This document shows positions 61,295-64,000 of a stretch of 64,000 nucleotides of DNA, piece by piece; the stretch's first letter is position 1; each line of letters starts with the position of its first letter. Made by a program: the position numbers and the translations under genes. The stretch is from an uncultured bacterium (GTDB lineage Bacteria > Bacillota_I > Bacilli_A > RFN20 > CAG-826). Below the pieces are notes generated by a model. That model ran no database searches, had not been told where the DNA came from, and saw nothing but the letters and a program-made list of their open reading frames with translations. Where the stretch lies: the NCBI GenBank assembly GCA_949299395.1, contig CASGAB010000001.1, positions 8,365 through 72,364 on the forward strand, read 5' to 3'.

Positions 61295-61960
61295 TTAATT
61301 CTCCTTATTTTCATCATTATGAGTTTTTTCAACTGTGATATTAGTTGTTGGAGCACTTCCACCTATATATTTAACGACGATTGCTCTATCTTTTCCATCT
61401 CCAATTGATTCAGTTTTAATGTTTTTCCATGTTGTTAAAGCGTTATGAACTTTCTTTCTTTCATCAGGAGTCATTGGATCAAGTTTGATATCAATATGAG
61501 TTCTACTAACTTCTTTTGCAGCTCTTTTAGCAACGCTAACAACACGAGCATATTTTTTATCTTTATAATCACCAATATCTAAAAGAATTCTGAATTTTCT
61601 TTTAAATTTGCTTGAAACAGCAAGTTTTGTTAATTCATTTAACGATTGTAAGGTTTGACCATTTTTACCAATTAATAATGAATTTCTATCAGTTTCAATT
61701 AAGATTTTAATTAATCCGTTTCTGAAGAATGCTTTTAAAGAAACATCGATTCCTAAGCCGTTTTTGACAACGCCACTAATATAATTTTCAGCATATTCAA
61801 TAACGTCTGCATTATCATAAACTACAATAATTGCTTTTTTAGAAAATAAGCCTTTCTTTTCTTCTTCAACTTCGTAAAGTAATTCTTCAACAGTTAAATT
61901 TAATTCACTTGAAGCATTTGCTAAAGCTTCTTCAACTGTCTTTGCACTAAATCTTTTCAT
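61295..61960 (-). CDS. jag: Jag/KhpB (EloR) KH-R3H RNA-binding protein
   Basis: AKTVEEAL, LLIGKNGQTLQSL, LDPM...ERKKVH. Confidence 0.92.
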   Translation of the reverse strand: MKRFSAKTVEEALANASSELNLTVEELLYEVEEEKKGLFSKKAIIVVYDNADVIEYAENYISGVVKNGLGIDVSLKAFFRNGLIKILIETDRNSLLIGKNGQTLQSLNELTKLAVSSKFKRKFRILLDIGDYKDKKYARVVSVAKRAAKEVSRTHIDIKLDPMTPDERKKVHNALTTWKNIKTESIGDGKDRAIVVKYIGGSAPTTNITVEKTHNDENKEN

Positions 61961-61962
61961 TT

Positions 61963-63783
61963 TTATTTAACTCCTTTTTTAACAAAAACAAAGTGTAAAA
62001 TTAAGCTTTGAATAATTGTAAATATTGATCCAGCAAACCAATAAACACCCATAGCTGCAGGGAGTGTGAAGCCCATAACAATAACGAAGATTGTCATGAC
62101 CCATTGGGTAATTTTCATTGTTTTTGCATTTTTATCCATTGTTTCTGATTTAACAGTCTTAGCAACTTCTTTTGTTCTCTTTTTATTTAACCATTGTGGT
62201 AAAAGCATACCAACAATTTGTCCAGCAGACATAATTAAAATTAAGATTAATGCTGTCCACCATCCTGGATTATTTGGCCAATTTGCAAAATTAGATAAAA
62301 CAGACCAAATTGAATCAGCTAAGTTAAGACCTAAAACTGCGTCAGTTCCTAAAGATGCACTTCCTTGTAATGCATTCCAAACACAAATAAATAATGGGAA
62401 TTGAATAATTAAAGTAACCATCGATAAGAATGGATGGACTTTATGCTTTTTATATAAAGCCATTTGAGCTTGACTAAGTCTTTGCTTATCGTATTCATTT
62501 GTGGTTGCATTAGGATATTTTTGTTGTAATTTAGCAATTTCTGGTTGTAAATAAGACATTTTTTGTTGAGATAAGGTTGATGGGAATGTAATTGCCATAA
62601 ATAAGAATCTAACAATTAAAGTCATAACTAAAACAGCTGCGACTTGTCCCCAACCATTCATTCCAAATGCGTGTGATAAATTTTCAACGCCAACTGCAAT
62701 TGGATAAACAAGTAATCCTTCTAAAAAACCGTGTTTTGTAAAAGCATTACCCCAATCTGCCCAGAAATCAACAGATTTACCTTCAACTTTAACAGTATTA
62801 TTAAGTGGATCGTTAGTTAAATTACCATAGAATCCATCATTAACTGTAATACATGTTCTAACTGTAGAAACTTCTTGATTTAAAAGTAGTTCATAAGCTT
62901 TGATATAGTTTAAAGTCATGACTTTATCTGCGCCTATATCTTTACTAATTTCATCATTCCAAGTCAAAACTCTAGCAAAATAATCAGCAACTTCGTTGCC
63001 TTTATCATCAGTTTTAATACCATAATGTTTTAAATATCCATAATGAGCTAAAATTGAACCATCTTCTCTATCTTTTTGCATTTTATCTAATAAAGCTTCT
63101 TTTTCAGCGCTATCTTCCATAACTTTATAGGAAGCTAAATCTTGAGCACTATAGCCATATAAAGTAGCAAAATCTAAATTAGAAAAATCACTAGAAATTG
63201 TTGAATCAATAACACCCATTTGTTTGTTTGCTTCTTCAACAATTAAAGATAAAGTTTTTTTATCAAGTTCATTAATAAATGAATAACTAGGAATAATATA
63301 GTTTTGTTGTTGAGATGTTGAATTAGTAAAAAGTTGTAAAGTTAAATCGTTTAAACCTGTATACATTTTATATGTAGTTTCAGTTTCATCAGTTTCATTA
63401 ACCTTTACACTAACAACTAATTGACCAGCGTTAACACTATAAAGATTGTCGTTTATATCATTAAATAATCTATTTTCGAATTCTTCTTTGTTTTCGCTAT
63501 ATTTTACAACACCATTATCATCAACAAATTCAAATTCATTCCAGGTTAAAAGTTCTTCTTTTAAACCACTTTTACTTTGAAATTCATTATAAAGATCATC
63601 CATTGCTTCTTTATAAGGATCATTTTCATTTAATGGTTCATAAAAAGTTGTATTTATAGGGTCATATGCATATCTAAAATTTGAAGTATCAGTTACACTA
63701 CAAAAAGAGTTACAAGAAGCTAAAATAGCAAGTGTTCCAATTCCTCCAACTATTGCAAGTGTATTTCTTAAACTTTTTTTCAT
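61963..63783 (-). CDS. yidC: Membrane insertase YidC with large N-terminal lipoprotein domain
   Basis: Lipobox LASC; C-terminal LQPEIAKLQQKY, MALYKKHKVHP, IQFPLF, PAAMGVYW. Confidence 0.92.
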   Translation of the reverse strand: MKKSLRNTLAIVGGIGTLAILASCNSFCSVTDTSNFRYAYDPINTTFYEPLNENDPYKEAMDDLYNEFQSKSGLKEELLTWNEFEFVDDNGVVKYSENKEEFENRLFNDINDNLYSVNAGQLVVSVKVNETDETETTYKMYTGLNDLTLQLFTNSTSQQQNYIIPSYSFINELDKKTLSLIVEEANKQMGVIDSTISSDFSNLDFATLYGYSAQDLASYKVMEDSAEKEALLDKMQKDREDGSILAHYGYLKHYGIKTDDKGNEVADYFARVLTWNDEISKDIGADKVMTLNYIKAYELLLNQEVSTVRTCITVNDGFYGNLTNDPLNNTVKVEGKSVDFWADWGNAFTKHGFLEGLLVYPIAVGVENLSHAFGMNGWGQVAAVLVMTLIVRFLFMAITFPSTLSQQKMSYLQPEIAKLQQKYPNATTNEYDKQRLSQAQMALYKKHKVHPFLSMVTLIIQFPLFICVWNALQGSASLGTDAVLGLNLADSIWSVLSNFANWPNNPGWWTALILILIMSAGQIVGMLLPQWLNKKRTKEVAKTVKSETMDKNAKTMKITQWVMTIFVIVMGFTLPAAMGVYWFAGSIFTIIQSLILHFVFVKKGVK

Positions 63784-64000
63784 TAATTATCCCCTTGAAT
63801 ATCTCTAAAAAGATCTTTTAAGAGTATAAAATTCTCATTAAATTCACTCGTTTTGTAGGTTTTAGAAATTAAAATAATCATATCGATATTTTTTGAATAA
63901 TCAGTTAGATGATCAATCATATTTCTAACCTGTCTTTTAATTTTATTTCTAATAACCGCATTTCCGTTTTTCTTACTAACTAAAAGTCCAATACGGGTAT
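63783..64000 (-). CDS. rnpA: RNase P protein component (partial, 5' end outside window)
   Basis: Manual translation TRIGLLVSKKNGNAVIRNKIKRQVRNM...DIQGDN*. RNR motif present; stop overlaps the yidC ATG. Confidence 0.93.
   Translation of the reverse strand, partial: TRIGLLVSKKNGNAVIRNKIKRQVRNMIDHLTDYSKNIDMIILISKTYKTSEFNENFILLKDLFRDIQGDN

Noticed and set aside
125-62615. Short overlapping ORFs in the track (e.g. 125..343, 2789..3028, 10359..10652, 11493..11864, 37078..37578, 62066..62404)
   Set aside because: Alternate-frame or antisense shadows of well-supported genes, with no recognisable motifs.

Overview
A very AT-rich chromosomal segment from a genome-reduced Bacilli-type bacterium (inferred; resembles uncultured RFN20/Mollicutes-related gut lineages). 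It probably lies next to oriC, since it ends in rnpA-yidC-jag-mnmE and most genes are on the minus strand. The right half (about 32-64 kb) is mostly housekeeping: rnpA, yidC, jag, mnmE, tatD, rnmV, rsmA, ispE, ppdK, pth, mfd, S4, tilS, ftsH, dusB, lysS, trxB and nudF, plus a TetR-regulated heterodimeric ABC exporter and a giant VanZ protein. The left half holds a probable extracellular nucleic-acid scavenging locus (two paralogous CUT1 ABC importers, a staphylococcal-type nuclease lipoprotein, a multi-OB-fold lipoprotein and a 5'-nucleotidase). It also holds a SIR2-domain gene followed by four tandem RDD membrane proteins, and two toxin-antitoxin modules whose toxins are pseudogenised while the antitoxins and operators are intact. 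The strongest signal is a probable non-standard genetic code: the six in-frame CGG codons I found by eye all fit tryptophan (two at strongly conserved Trp positions), while CGA and AGG sit at conserved Arg positions. No rRNA, tRNA, CRISPR array or transposase was recognised. Family assignments come from motif recognition by eye, not database searches.
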